Of a stretch of 54,845 bases of DNA, positions 1 through 8,001 are shown piece after piece. The DNA is from Eubacteriales bacterium (GTDB lineage: Bacteria > Bacillota > Clostridia > Oscillospirales > CAG-272). Every line of letters starts with the position of its first letter. Position 1 is the stretch's first letter. Where the stretch lies: the NCBI GenBank assembly GCA_045658225.1, contig JAZOUO010000103.1, positions 1-54,845 of the forward strand, given 5' to 3'. The notes below the pieces were generated by a model that worked only from the letters and a program-made list of their open reading frames with translations, did no database searches and was not told where the DNA came from. Position numbers and translations under genes: made by a program.

Positions 1-403
1 CAATTACCTCGCCCTTTTTTACGGAGTCGCCCGTTTTTTTGCATAGCATAATGCCTGCAGAAAGGTCGATCGCGTCCTCTTTTTTATTTCTGCCCGCGCC
101 TAGGAGAAGGCTTGCCGTACCGTAGCTTTCGGCATTTACGGCGGTGATATATCCGCTCTCTACTCCCGTGATCGTAATGTCCGACTCCTTTGTGTCAAGC
201 CATACGAGTACGTCCTGCAGCGTGCTGCCCATACCGACGGTGATGTCGCCGTGGTAAATGTTTTGTGTGATGCCCTCAATCCGCACGTTGACCGTTACGG
301 GCGGCTGTGCCGCAGATACCTGCATGACCGCGGCAAATGCCCCCACAGTCAGTACACAGCAAAGGAGACAGGCTATCGCCACGAGTGTTTTGATTCTTCT
401 CAT
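1..403 (-). CDS. Partial CDS (runs off the window): signal peptide + DUF4430/transcobalamin-like N-terminus joined in frame to a pyrimidine-nucleoside phosphorylase C-terminal-like segment
   Basis: Not in the ORF track. ATG at 403 with AGGAGGA RBS (411-417). My translation: MRRIKTLVAIACLLCCVLTVGAFAAVMQVSAAQPPVTVNVRIEGITQNIYHGDITV...SGYITAVNAESYGTASLLLGAGRNKKEDAIDLSAGIMLCKKTGDSVKKGEVI. The last ~50 aa match the Pdp/DeoA C-terminal motif LGAGR..KED.ID...GI.L.KK.GD.V.KGE. Confidence 0.7.
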   Translation of the reverse strand, partial: MRRIKTLVAIACLLCCVLTVGAFAAVMQVSAAQPPVTVNVRIEGITQNIYHGDITVGMGSTLQDVLVWLDTKESDITITGVESGYITAVNAESYGTASLLLGAGRNKKEDAIDLSAGIMLCKKTGDSVKKGEVI

Positions 404-432
404 TTCAGAATCCTCCTCTAGATGTATATTTT

Positions 433-646
433 TATCACGGCGAGCGACCCGACTCATTTTGGGTTGCATATTTTGGCTCTCGCTTTTGGCGAGTAGATTT
501 CGAGATGGAATTTTCGTCAGCGACTCAAGGCATACATGGAGGTATGTCGAGGAGCAAGACGGAAATTATAGCCGAAATATACCGACAAAAAATACGGTAA
601 TGGCTGTTGCTGCAGATTCTCACTGCATTCCCTCAGTTCCGTGACA
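433..646 (-). ncRNA. Cobalamin (B12) riboswitch
   Basis: Minus strand: P1 TGTCACGG...CCGTGATA; core AGGGAATGCAGTGAGAATCTGCAGCAACAGCCATTACCGTA; B12-box-like GAGTCGGGTCGCTCGCC. Lies between a consensus promoter and the RBS of the CDS starting at 403. Confidence 0.8.
457..592. repeat. Palindromic MITE/REP-like insert inside the B12 riboswitch
   Basis: Imperfect terminal inverted repeats (TTTTGGGTTGCATATTTTGGCT / AGCCGAAATATACCGACAAAA) and internal hairpins CTCGC-TTTTG-GCGAG and GGCATAC-ATGGAG-GTATGTC. Confidence 0.5.
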
Positions 647-650
647 CTTA

Positions 651-679
651 ATTATAGCACTTATCCCGCAACAAGTCAA
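651..679 (-). promoter_or_regulatory. SigA promoter for the B12-riboswitch transcript
   Basis: TTGACT-17 bp-TATAAT with extended TG on the minus strand, immediately upstream of P1. Confidence 0.75.
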
Positions 680-769
680 TTCAAAAGCGCAAAAATTTAT
701 TTTTCCTCTTGAAATTGCTCAAATATTGTGATATACCCATTGTAATTACATTATAAACGGAGACTTATT

Positions 770-1771
770 ATGTTTCAGAATCAACTCGTTTCCTTCTCGG
801 GTATTCAGCCCAGCGGAAATCTTACAATAGGAAATTATCTCGGAGCTTTGAAGAATTTTTCGTCTTACTCCGAGAAATACAAGTGCTTTTACTGCGTCGT
901 TGACTCACACGCCATAACCGTGCGTCAGAACCCCGCAGACCTTCGCCGTCGCACATACGAGACATTGGCTCTTTATATGGCGGCAGGACTTGACCCCGAA
1001 AAGAATACTCTTTACGTTCAGTCACACGTTCACGAGCACGCGGAGCTTGCTTGGATCCTCAACTGCTTTACAATGTTCGGCGAGCTTTCAAGAATGACAC
1101 AGTTCAAGGATAAGTCTGCGCGTCACGCAGACAACATCAATGCGGGTTTGTTCACCTACCCCGCACTTATGGCAGCGGATATTTTGCTTTATCAGACAGA
1201 CGTCGTTCCCGTAGGCATTGACCAGAAACAGCACGTTGAGCTTTGCCGCGACATTGCGACAAGAATGAATCAGCTCTACCCCAATCTGTTTACTATCCCC
1301 GAGCCTATAATTTCCAAGAACGGAAAAAAGATAATGTCCCTGTCCGAGCCTACCAAGAAGATGAGTAAGTCGGACGAAAATCCCAACGCGATAGTTTATA
1401 TTCTTGACGACAGAGACACAATCATCCGCAAGTTCAAGAGAGCCGTCACCGACTCGGATACCGTAGTTCGCTACGCCGAGGGTAAGGACGGAATAAACAA
1501 CCTTATGACTATCTACTCCTGCTTTACAGGCAAGGAGCTTGACGAAATAGAGCGCGAGTTTGAGGGCAAGGGTTATGGCGACTTCAAGCTTGCGGTAGGT
1601 GAGGTTTGCGCAGATGCATTAGCTCCCGTTCAGCAGAGATACAACCAGATACTCTCGGACAAGGCAGGCCTTGAGGCACAGATGAAGAAGGGTGCCGAGG
1701 AAGCGTCCTACGTCGCTCGCCGTACACTCGGCAAGGTACAGAAAAAGCTTGGCTTCGTTCAGGTGAGATAA
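770..1771 (+). CDS. trpS: Tryptophanyl-tRNA synthetase
   Basis: SGIQPSGNLTIGNYLGA (HIGH variant), YPALMAADILLY, VPVGIDQKQH and KMSKS motifs. Confidence 0.97.
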   Translation: MFQNQLVSFSGIQPSGNLTIGNYLGALKNFSSYSEKYKCFYCVVDSHAITVRQNPADLRRRTYETLALYMAAGLDPEKNTLYVQSHVHEHAELAWILNCFTMFGELSRMTQFKDKSARHADNINAGLFTYPALMAADILLYQTDVVPVGIDQKQHVELCRDIATRMNQLYPNLFTIPEPIISKNGKKIMSLSEPTKKMSKSDENPNAIVYILDDRDTIIRKFKRAVTDSDTVVRYAEGKDGINNLMTIYSCFTGKELDEIEREFEGKGYGDFKLAVGEVCADALAPVQQRYNQILSDKAGLEAQMKKGAEEASYVARRTLGKVQKKLGFVQVR

Positions 1772-1781
1772 TAACTTCAAT

Positions 1782-1812
1782 AAAAAATTCCCGACGGTTG
1801 TCGGGAGTTTTT
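1782..1812. terminator. Bidirectional intrinsic terminator between trpS and thiT
   Basis: A-tract, TCCCGAC-GGTT-GTCGGGA hairpin, T-tract, between convergent genes. Confidence 0.8.
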
Positions 1813-1816
1813 GTTT

Positions 1817-2413
1817 TTATACACTTTTCTTTATAGGTTTTAAGGTCTTGGGGTCAAGAGCCGCGCAGATCGCGACTGCCAGGATGCCTGTAAGTATCGC
1901 GTTGGGAAGCATATACGACGCATTGTAAACAAGTGAATACACCCACACGTTCATTCCCTCGGGCGCGTAGCTTCCCCAGAGAATAACTCCCGAAAGAAAG
2001 CTGCACAAAAATCTAATAACGCATACCGCAACGGCTCCTACTCCGTAGCCGACAAGTCTGTGCTTTCCGAAAAGTTTTGTGAAAAGGTCGGAGAGACCTA
2101 CAACCGAGAATGCTATGACGTAGTCAAGAAGCACGCAAAGAGCTACCGCCCACCAAGTATTTGCGGGGGGCACGTAAAAGCCCAACATCATTTGAAGCAA
2201 CGAGTAAACAAAACCAACGCCAACACCCCAACCAATGCCATGTCTGTAGGAATAGTATGCTATTGGAAGCATACTGATGGTAATAGTTCCGCCGAACGGT
2301 AAAAGTGCTCCAATACCTGTTATGGTGTTAAGCCACACGCACAGAAGCTCGATAACATAAGCCAGAGCAATGATTATCGCACCCTCTGTGACACAAAGAA
2401 GCCTTTTCTTCAT
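1817..2413 (-). CDS. thiT: ECF thiamine transporter S-component ThiT
   Basis: LPFGGTITISMLPI, LLDYVIAF, RFLCSFLSGVILW and YSLVYNASYM motifs; TPP riboswitch upstream; start moved to the ATG at 2413 (AAGGAGGA RBS). Confidence 0.9.
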   Translation of the reverse strand: MKKRLLCVTEGAIIIALAYVIELLCVWLNTITGIGALLPFGGTITISMLPIAYYSYRHGIGWGVGVGFVYSLLQMMLGFYVPPANTWWAVALCVLLDYVIAFSVVGLSDLFTKLFGKHRLVGYGVGAVAVCVIRFLCSFLSGVILWGSYAPEGMNVWVYSLVYNASYMLPNAILTGILAVAICAALDPKTLKPIKKSV

Positions 2414-2504
2414 TGTGATTTCCTCCTTAAAATAAAAATTTGTCCGCACGAAAAATCTTCCGGTGGACAAATTTACGCGATTTCAAGTGAAATCACTTAT
2501 GTGA

Positions 2505-2632
2505 ATCTTTCCTACGCCGGTATTATCCGTATCAGGTACGAGAGCTATGCTCTCAGGGTTCGGAATTCTTCCATCTCAGCCGTATCCTCAGCACATTAGA
2601 TTGTGCATATGTGGAGTTCAGCACCCCCGATT
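2505..2632 (-). ncRNA. TPP riboswitch
   Basis: Minus strand GGGGTGC...GCTGAGA...ACCC...ACCTGATACGGATAATACCGGCGTAGGAA, the THI-box consensus. The hairpin at 2436-2474 may be the expression platform. Confidence 0.93.
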
Positions 2633-2663
2633 TTTTATGCGGTGATCGCTTTGCGACCTCTGA

Positions 2664-2692
2664 ATTATACTACACCTCGCGACCTTTGTCAA
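2664..2692 (-). promoter_or_regulatory. SigA promoter for TPP riboswitch-thiT
   Basis: Perfect TTGACA-17 bp-TATAAT on the minus strand. Confidence 0.85.
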
Positions 2693-2727
2693 GACAATTT
2701 TTGCGTATTTATTTTTTATTTACAATT

Positions 2728-2734
2728 TTCGACA
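2728..2734 (-). promoter_or_regulatory. Possible Spo0A box upstream of sigK
   Basis: TTCGACA (TGTCGAA on the minus strand) about 100 bp upstream of sigK. A 7-mer can occur by chance. Confidence 0.35.
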
Positions 2735-2836
2735 ACTAAAAAATCAAAAATTTCTGATTGTCCGTCGGGATAAGTACAGGCAAGGCTCTCATATCATTCA
2801 GTAAACATTTTACTTACCTGAAGGGAGTCGATAGAT

Positions 2837-3523
2837 ATGATAGTCTTCGCCTTGATTTTAGCAACTCTTGCAAAGCTGGTACAGCCGGTGCTGGGCATAG
2901 GCAGTGCGCAAAACTTTCCCGAAACACTGAGCAAGGAAGAAGAAAGCCTTTATTTTGAGAGAAAAATTCAGGGAGATGAGGATGCCAGACAAAAGCTTAT
3001 TTTGCACAACCTGCGACTTGTATCCCATATAGTCAGAAAATACTATTCCTCATCAAAAAACCAAGAGGACCTTATCTCCATAGGGACTATAGGACTCGTC
3101 AAAGCAGTGGATTCCTTTAACGCAGAAAATGGCGCAAGATTTGCCACCTACGCTTCAAAATGTATTCAAAATGAGATACTTATGAACTTTCGCTCACAGA
3201 AAAGGAGGGCTTGCGAGGTCTCCATCAACGACACCATAGACGTTGACAGAGACGGCAACCCCTTAACCTATATAGACGTTCTCAGTAGCGACGAAAACGT
3301 GACAGACGAGGTGCAAAGAAAGATACTTACCGACAAAGCTATCAAATATATTAACACAAAGCTATCTCCTCGCGAACGTCAAATAATTATTATGCGATAC
3401 GGACTTATGGGCACGCCCGAGCAGACGCAAAAGCAAATAGCGGATAAGATAGGAATCTCGCGTTCATACGTGAGTAGAATTGAAAAAAGCGCGCTTGAGA
3501 AACTGCGAGATTTGTTGACATAA
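2837..3523 (+). CDS. sigK: Sporulation sigma factor pro-SigK, uninterrupted
   Basis: Hydrophobic pro-sequence, FP.TLSKEEE, HNLRLVSHIVRKY, EDLISIGTIGLVKA, FATYASKCIQNEILM, and C-terminal HTH ISRSYVSRIEK. Confidence 0.88.
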   Translation: MIVFALILATLAKLVQPVLGIGSAQNFPETLSKEEESLYFERKIQGDEDARQKLILHNLRLVSHIVRKYYSSSKNQEDLISIGTIGLVKAVDSFNAENGARFATYASKCIQNEILMNFRSQKRRACEVSINDTIDVDRDGNPLTYIDVLSSDENVTDEVQRKILTDKAIKYINTKLSPRERQIIIMRYGLMGTPEQTQKQIADKIGISRSYVSRIEKSALEKLRDLLT

Positions 3524-3535
3524 TTGAGGTTGTAC

Positions 3536-3846
3536 GATACTTTCTGCCAATAGCTGCAGAAAGTATCCAAAGAAAGCCACTTAAGATGGGAGAGTGTCCT
3601 ATTTTTTCTCCCGAAAAAATTTTGCTACGCAAAACGGATGACCCTCTCCCCTCTCAAGACTCTCCTCTCTCCACGAGTTTGCAAGCAAACTCGTTATATA
3701 TGGTGAGGCGATGTAATATCCGTCTTAACTACGATAAACGGCTCCCGAGTAGGCGTTTGTGTAGTGGGTTTCAAGAGGGAGGGAGGAATCGCAACCTCCC
3801 TCTCTTTGCGGTGTTTTGGCTACTTTGTCACTGCTGACAAAGTAGC
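3536..3846. repeat. Multi-hairpin intergenic element (MITE/REP-like) with TACTTT...AAAGTA terminal hairpins
   Basis: Hairpins at 3536-3567, 3620-3634, 3673-3694, ~3728-3765, 3774-3805 and 3819-3846. The two terminal hairpins share the TACTTT/AAAGTA core. Confidence 0.6.
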
Positions 3847-3852
3847 AAGAAT

Positions 3853-4221
3853 TCAACCTCTTCTATTCCCCTTAAATATCAACGCGGCAAGATATCCGAA
3901 AAACAGCGCGGCTGCCGTCCCTGCGGCAGCGGCAGTCAACCCACCGCTGAAAATGCCAACTATGCCGTCTTTATCCACCGCTTCCCTAACTCCTTTGGAA
4001 ATATTATATCCAAAGCCTGTAAGGGGCACAGATGCTCCCGCACCTGCATACTCCGCAAAGGGCTCATAAAGCCCAACCGCACCCAAAATAACACCTACGA
4101 CCACGTAAAGCACAAGTATCCTCGCGGGCGTGAGCTTGGTCTTATCTATCAGTATCTGCGCTATAACGCACAACAGTCCTCCAAAAATTATCGCTCTTAC
4201 AAGCAGTGCCCAGTCTAACAT
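3853..4221 (-). CDS. spoVAE: Stage V sporulation protein AE (SpoVAC/SpoVAEb family)
   Basis: GGLLCVIAQILIDKTKLTPARILV and AGAGASVPLTGFGY motifs; directly downstream of spoVAD. Confidence 0.9.
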   Translation of the reverse strand: MLDWALLVRAIIFGGLLCVIAQILIDKTKLTPARILVLYVVVGVILGAVGLYEPFAEYAGAGASVPLTGFGYNISKGVREAVDKDGIVGIFSGGLTAAAAGTAAALFFGYLAALIFKGNRRG

Positions 4222-4233
4222 ATCTATATCTCC

Positions 4234-5223
4234 TTACTCAATTTTGAAATTCAACAGATGTCCTATTGCAGGTATCGCCTGCCCTTGCTTCAGACTATCG
4301 GGACTCATCATCGCGCCCGAGGCGATAAACAGTATGTTTTTAAGCTCGCCACGCTCCATCTTGGGTAAAATATACGCCGAAAGCACGCTTGCCGCACAAC
4401 CGCATCCAGAACCCCCCGCATGCGTGTCCTGCTTGTCCTTATCAAACATCAGTATTCCGCAGTCATTGTAAACCTGACTCACATCATGCCCCTCAAGACT
4501 CATAAGCTCCTTGAATATCTCGCCACCCTCGTGCCCGAGGTCGCCCGTGAGTATAAGGTCATAGTCATCAGGTGTAGTTTTGCTCTCGCGCAAAAAACGC
4601 GAGCAGGTGTCAACTATCGCGGGTGCCATCGCAGCACCCATATTTGCCGCATCGCAAATTCCCTTTTCCATTACACGCCCTGGCAGTGCGGCGCGTATTT
4701 TGACCTTGCCTGCACTACCGTCTCCTATGATAAACGCTCCCGCGCCCGTGACCGTCCACTGCGCTGTGGGCGGACGCTGACCGCCGTACTCAATGGGTGT
4801 TCTGTACTGTCTTTCCGCAGAGCAGTTGTGCGACGACGTTGCGGCGGCGCAAATATCATATACGCCGTGAGTCGTCATAATAGACGCGAGCATTATTCCC
4901 TCGGCTGACGTTGAGCAAGCACCGTAAATTCCAAAGTAGGGTATATTGCAGCCCAACAGTCCGTACGCCGAGCTCGTGCATTGATTGAGCAGATCGCCCG
5001 CAAAAAGTGCACCTATGTCGTCAAAGGTAAGATTGCTTTTTTTAAGTGCAATATTGAACGCGAGACGGAGCATCTCTCCCTCTGCCTCCTCCCAGGTTTT
5101 CTGACCAAATCTGTCGGTCTGATCGTGCATATCGAAAAGGTTTCCGAGAGGGCCCTCAAATTCCTTTTTTCCTACCGCGTTTCCGTAATTTATAAAAGAT
5201 GAATCAAGCTTGATTATACTCAT
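4234..5223 (-). CDS. spoVAD: Stage V sporulation protein AD
   Basis: AGDLLNQC, GACST, SAERQYRTPIEYGGQRPPTAQWTVTGAGA and HAGGSGCGC motifs. Confidence 0.95.
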   Translation of the reverse strand: MSIIKLDSSFINYGNAVGKKEFEGPLGNLFDMHDQTDRFGQKTWEEAEGEMLRLAFNIALKKSNLTFDDIGALFAGDLLNQCTSSAYGLLGCNIPYFGIYGACSTSAEGIMLASIMTTHGVYDICAAATSSHNCSAERQYRTPIEYGGQRPPTAQWTVTGAGAFIIGDGSAGKVKIRAALPGRVMEKGICDAANMGAAMAPAIVDTCSRFLRESKTTPDDYDLILTGDLGHEGGEIFKELMSLEGHDVSQVYNDCGILMFDKDKQDTHAGGSGCGCAASVLSAYILPKMERGELKNILFIASGAMMSPDSLKQGQAIPAIGHLLNFKIE

Positions 5224-5250
5224 TTTGTTATTCCCTGCCGTTTTTATTTT

Positions 5251-5280
5251 TATTGTGCTTTTTTGCAGTCTGCGCTATGC
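5251..5280 (-). promoter_or_regulatory. SigG-type forespore promoter for spoVAD-spoVAE
   Basis: GCATA-18 bp-CACAATA compared with the B. subtilis SigG consensus GHATR-N18-CATnnTA; spoVA is SigG-dependent in B. subtilis. Confidence 0.55.
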
Positions 5281-5303
5281 GTGTTTTTTATTGCCAAAAA
5301 CTG

Positions 5304-5332
5304 TTGAAAAATTTATCAACATATGATATAAT
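5304..5332 (+). promoter_or_regulatory. SigA promoter for udp
   Basis: TTGAAA-17 bp-TATAAT with extended TG. Confidence 0.7.
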
Positions 5333-5373
5333 AAAAACGTAAAAGGCAAAAATCTAATCTAAAGGAGTATTTT

Positions 5374-6153
5374 ATGCTTGAATCAAAAACTATTCAGTAT
5401 CACATAAACGTGGGAAAGGGTGACATAGGAAAATACTGTATCCTTCCCGGAGACCCCGGCAGATGCGAGAAGATCGCTGCCCATTTTGACAACCCTGTAC
5501 ACATCTCCTCTAATCGCGAATACAACATATATAACGGATACATAAACGGAGAGCTTGTCACAGTTTGCTCTACGGGCATCGGCGGTCCCTCCGCTGCGAT
5601 AGCTATGGAGGAGCTTGCGGCTTGCGGCGCGCACACGTTTATACGCGTAGGCACTTGCGGGGGAATTTCTCTTAAGGTTAAATCGGGTGACGTAGTTATC
5701 GCGTCAGGCGCAGTTCGCCAGGACGGAACGTCGCTTGAATACGCACCTCTTGAATTCCCTGCGGTATCCGATAGCGAGGCTCTTTTCGCTCTTGTTAACT
5801 CAGCTAAAAAGCTTGGCCATAATTATCACACGGGCGTTGTTCAGGCAAAGGACTCCTTCTACGGTCAGCATTCTCCTGCCCGTATGCCCACAAGTCAGAA
5901 GCTTCTCTATCAGTGGGAGGCTTGGAAGAGACTTGGCGTGCTTGCAAGTGAGATGGAATCCGGTGCTCTGTTTACCGTTGCGGCATCTCTTGGCGTACGT
6001 TGCGGCTCTGTATTTTCAGTCGTCTGGAATCAGGAAAGATTCGAGGCCGGACTTGACACGGGTAATGACGAGACGCACGACACAGAAGCGGCAATCCGAG
6101 TGGCAATACAAGCAATATACGATCTTATCCAGGACAGCCGCGCAAATTCTTGA
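5374..6153 (+). CDS. udp: Uridine phosphorylase
   Basis: [35 protein letters not shown] and EMES motifs. Confidence 0.92.
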   Translation: MLESKTIQYHINVGKGDIGKYCILPGDPGRCEKIAAHFDNPVHISSNREYNIYNGYINGELVTVCSTGIGGPSAAIAMEELAACGAHTFIRVGTCGGISLKVKSGDVVIASGAVRQDGTSLEYAPLEFPAVSDSEALFALVNSAKKLGHNYHTGVVQAKDSFYGQHSPARMPTSQKLLYQWEAWKRLGVLASEMESGALFTVAASLGVRCGSVFSVVWNQERFEAGLDTGNDETHDTEAAIRVAIQAIYDLIQDSRANS

Positions 6154-6194
6154 TTTTAAGTTAAGTCTGACACAAAATTTTTAGGAGGTGTAAA

Positions 6195-6521
6195 ATGCCC
6201 AACCCAATACAGTATAAAAAGGTTGCAAGCGTCTATGTAAAACGGGACAAGCTTAAAGCATCCTCGGGCAACAGCGTTATATACGATATACTGGACGCGC
6301 TGGAAAAAACAGCGCGAGTGCTGGCGGCAATAAACAGAGTCGTTATGGGCGACCCTCACTCCGATTATCAGAAAAGAAAGATCAGACGAATCAAAAAATA
6401 CGCAAAGATTAGTAAGACCACGGGTATGCTGATACTCAAAAAACAAAAAAAGGCTACCGCCCTCAAAGGACTTAAGCCCGCAAAGAAATGGTCGCCCAAG
6501 AAAAAGTGGTTGATATTATAA
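6195..6521 (+). CDS. Hypothetical small Lys/Arg-rich protein
   Basis: Strong RBS (AGGAGGTG), fills the gap between udp and a terminator; no recognisable domain. Confidence 0.65.
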   Translation: MPNPIQYKKVASVYVKRDKLKASSGNSVIYDILDALEKTARVLAAINRVVMGDPHSDYQKRKIRRIKKYAKISKTTGMLILKKQKKATALKGLKPAKKWSPKKKWLIL

Positions 6522-6524
6522 CTA

Positions 6525-6552
6525 AAAAGGTGTTGCTTTTGCAACACCTTTT
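6525..6552. terminator. Bidirectional terminator
   Basis: AAAAGGTGTTGC-TTTT-GCAACACCTTTT perfect hairpin between convergent genes. Confidence 0.8.
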
Positions 6553-7222
6553 ATTTCATTCTCAGCTTTTTCAAATACTCTTTTTGCTCATTCGTTATCC
6601 GATAGCTCTCAACCGCCTTTTGAATAGCCTTGTTATGAACCCATATGGGCAAAGCTTTTTTCTCTATATACGGCAAGGTTTCATCCCACAGATTTGCAAG
6701 CGCAGTCGCAAAATACCACGCTATCATCATATTTACGTAATATTCCTGACTTGTTATTTTCGCAACTCTTTCGTGATATTCTGTTTTGAAGCCGTCATCC
6801 AGATAATAAAGCATGAGCGTCTCTATGCCAAATCGCAGAGTGTACGTGTGGCTCGAAGAAAGCCATTTGTCTATCTCCAAAAGCAGCCTTTCCTTGTTTT
6901 TCTTAAAGCATTTTGGACGCATAGAGTCACATGTCCCCCAGTTGTCAACATACGGCAAAAATGCATTGATCTCGGCTATGCAACTATCAAAATCATTTAT
7001 CTGCTCAATAACAAACGCGTGAAGGTTGTCCTCCTCGTAATATTTGTGAGGAAGCTCGCAGAGAAAATCCTCTGCATCCTTTGTGCCCGCAAGTTCTCTT
7101 GCAAGTTTGCGAAGCTCGGGAGTTCTCACGCCAATTATGCGGTCTTCACTCACTGTGGGCAGAAGCTTACTTTGAAAGCTTTTGTATTCCTTATCCTGAA
7201 TCTCAAAAAGTCTTTGTTTCAT
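6551..7222 (-). CDS. DNA alkylation repair protein (AlkD-like)
   Basis: IIGVRTPELR, LPYVDNWGTCD, EYYVNMMIAWYFATAL and HNKAIQKAVES, typical of the family. Confidence 0.85.
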   Translation of the reverse strand: MKQRLFEIQDKEYKSFQSKLLPTVSEDRIIGVRTPELRKLARELAGTKDAEDFLCELPHKYYEEDNLHAFVIEQINDFDSCIAEINAFLPYVDNWGTCDSMRPKCFKKNKERLLLEIDKWLSSSHTYTLRFGIETLMLYYLDDGFKTEYHERVAKITSQEYYVNMMIAWYFATALANLWDETLPYIEKKALPIWVHNKAIQKAVESYRITNEQKEYLKKLRMK

Positions 7223-7262
7223 TTTATCCTTTCAAAAAACGGCAGAAGAACTGCCGTTTTTG

Positions 7263-7976
7263 TTATATCTGAATATTTTTTATTCTCTTTTTCATTCTAT
7301 ACACGTCGCGGAGCATTTTGAATGAATCACTCCAGACGTTGACCGTGGACTCGCGGTGGTTTATTACCTTGACAGGCAGCTCATCAATTTTTATACCAAG
7401 CTTGTTTGCCCAGAGAATACATTCAAAGTCAAACGCAAAGCGGTTGACCTCGCATCGAGAAAAGACATTTTTGGCTGTCTCGCCCGAAAAAGCCTTACAT
7501 CCACACTGCGAGTCGGAGATTTTAAAGCCACCCACCAGACACAATACCTTTACGTATGATTTTGACGCTATTTTCCTGATAAACGTGTATCCTTCGTATC
7601 CGTCCTTGGAGAGATTTCTTGATCCTATAAGCATCTGCATTTGCGGATTTTTCTCGAACTCGTCTCGCACACGACCAATCACATCCGTGCCGTATGCGAG
7701 GTCGGCGTCGGTGAACATAACAATATCCCCCTCCGCTTCAAGCATAGCCATACGGACGGTATATCCCTTGCCCATATTCTCTTTATTTTCTATGACCTTG
7801 ACGCGCGGCAAAGCCATCTCTCTTACAATGTCTCCGCAACTGTCCCGCGAGCCATCGTTCGAAAAGATTATCTCATAGTCATCAAAGTGCTCCGACATAT
7901 AATCCGAAAGTGTCCTTGCGGTATCCGCAATTATTGACGCCTCGTTATACATAGGAATACAAAGTGAAAATTTCAT
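7263..7976 (-). CDS. Family 2 glycosyltransferase (polyprenol-phosphate sugar transferase-like)
   Basis: IPMYNE, NDGSRD, NMGKG, DAD (DxD), DSQCGCKAF and FAFDFE. Confidence 0.88.
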   Translation of the reverse strand: MKFSLCIPMYNEASIIADTARTLSDYMSEHFDDYEIIFSNDGSRDSCGDIVREMALPRVKVIENKENMGKGYTVRMAMLEAEGDIVMFTDADLAYGTDVIGRVRDEFEKNPQMQMLIGSRNLSKDGYEGYTFIRKIASKSYVKVLCLVGGFKISDSQCGCKAFSGETAKNVFSRCEVNRFAFDFECILWANKLGIKIDELPVKVINHRESTVNVWSDSFKMLRDVYRMKKRIKNIQI

Positions 7977-8001
7977 TTCAGTCTATACCCTTCTGAAAAT
8001 T

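Noticed and set aside
516-528. 13-nt identity GTCAGCGACTCAA between the riboswitch insert and 45877-45889
   Set aside because: Several 13-mer matches are expected by chance in 55 kb, and the flanks do not extend the alignment.
258-644. 128-aa plus-strand ORF from the track
   Set aside because: It overlaps the minus-strand CDS and the cobalamin riboswitch, which have promoter, RBS and motif support.
680-769. T-box leader upstream of trpS
   Set aside because: Only ~90 bp are available between the divergent promoter and the start, with no T-box consensus (AAnnnGGGTGGnACC) or terminator.
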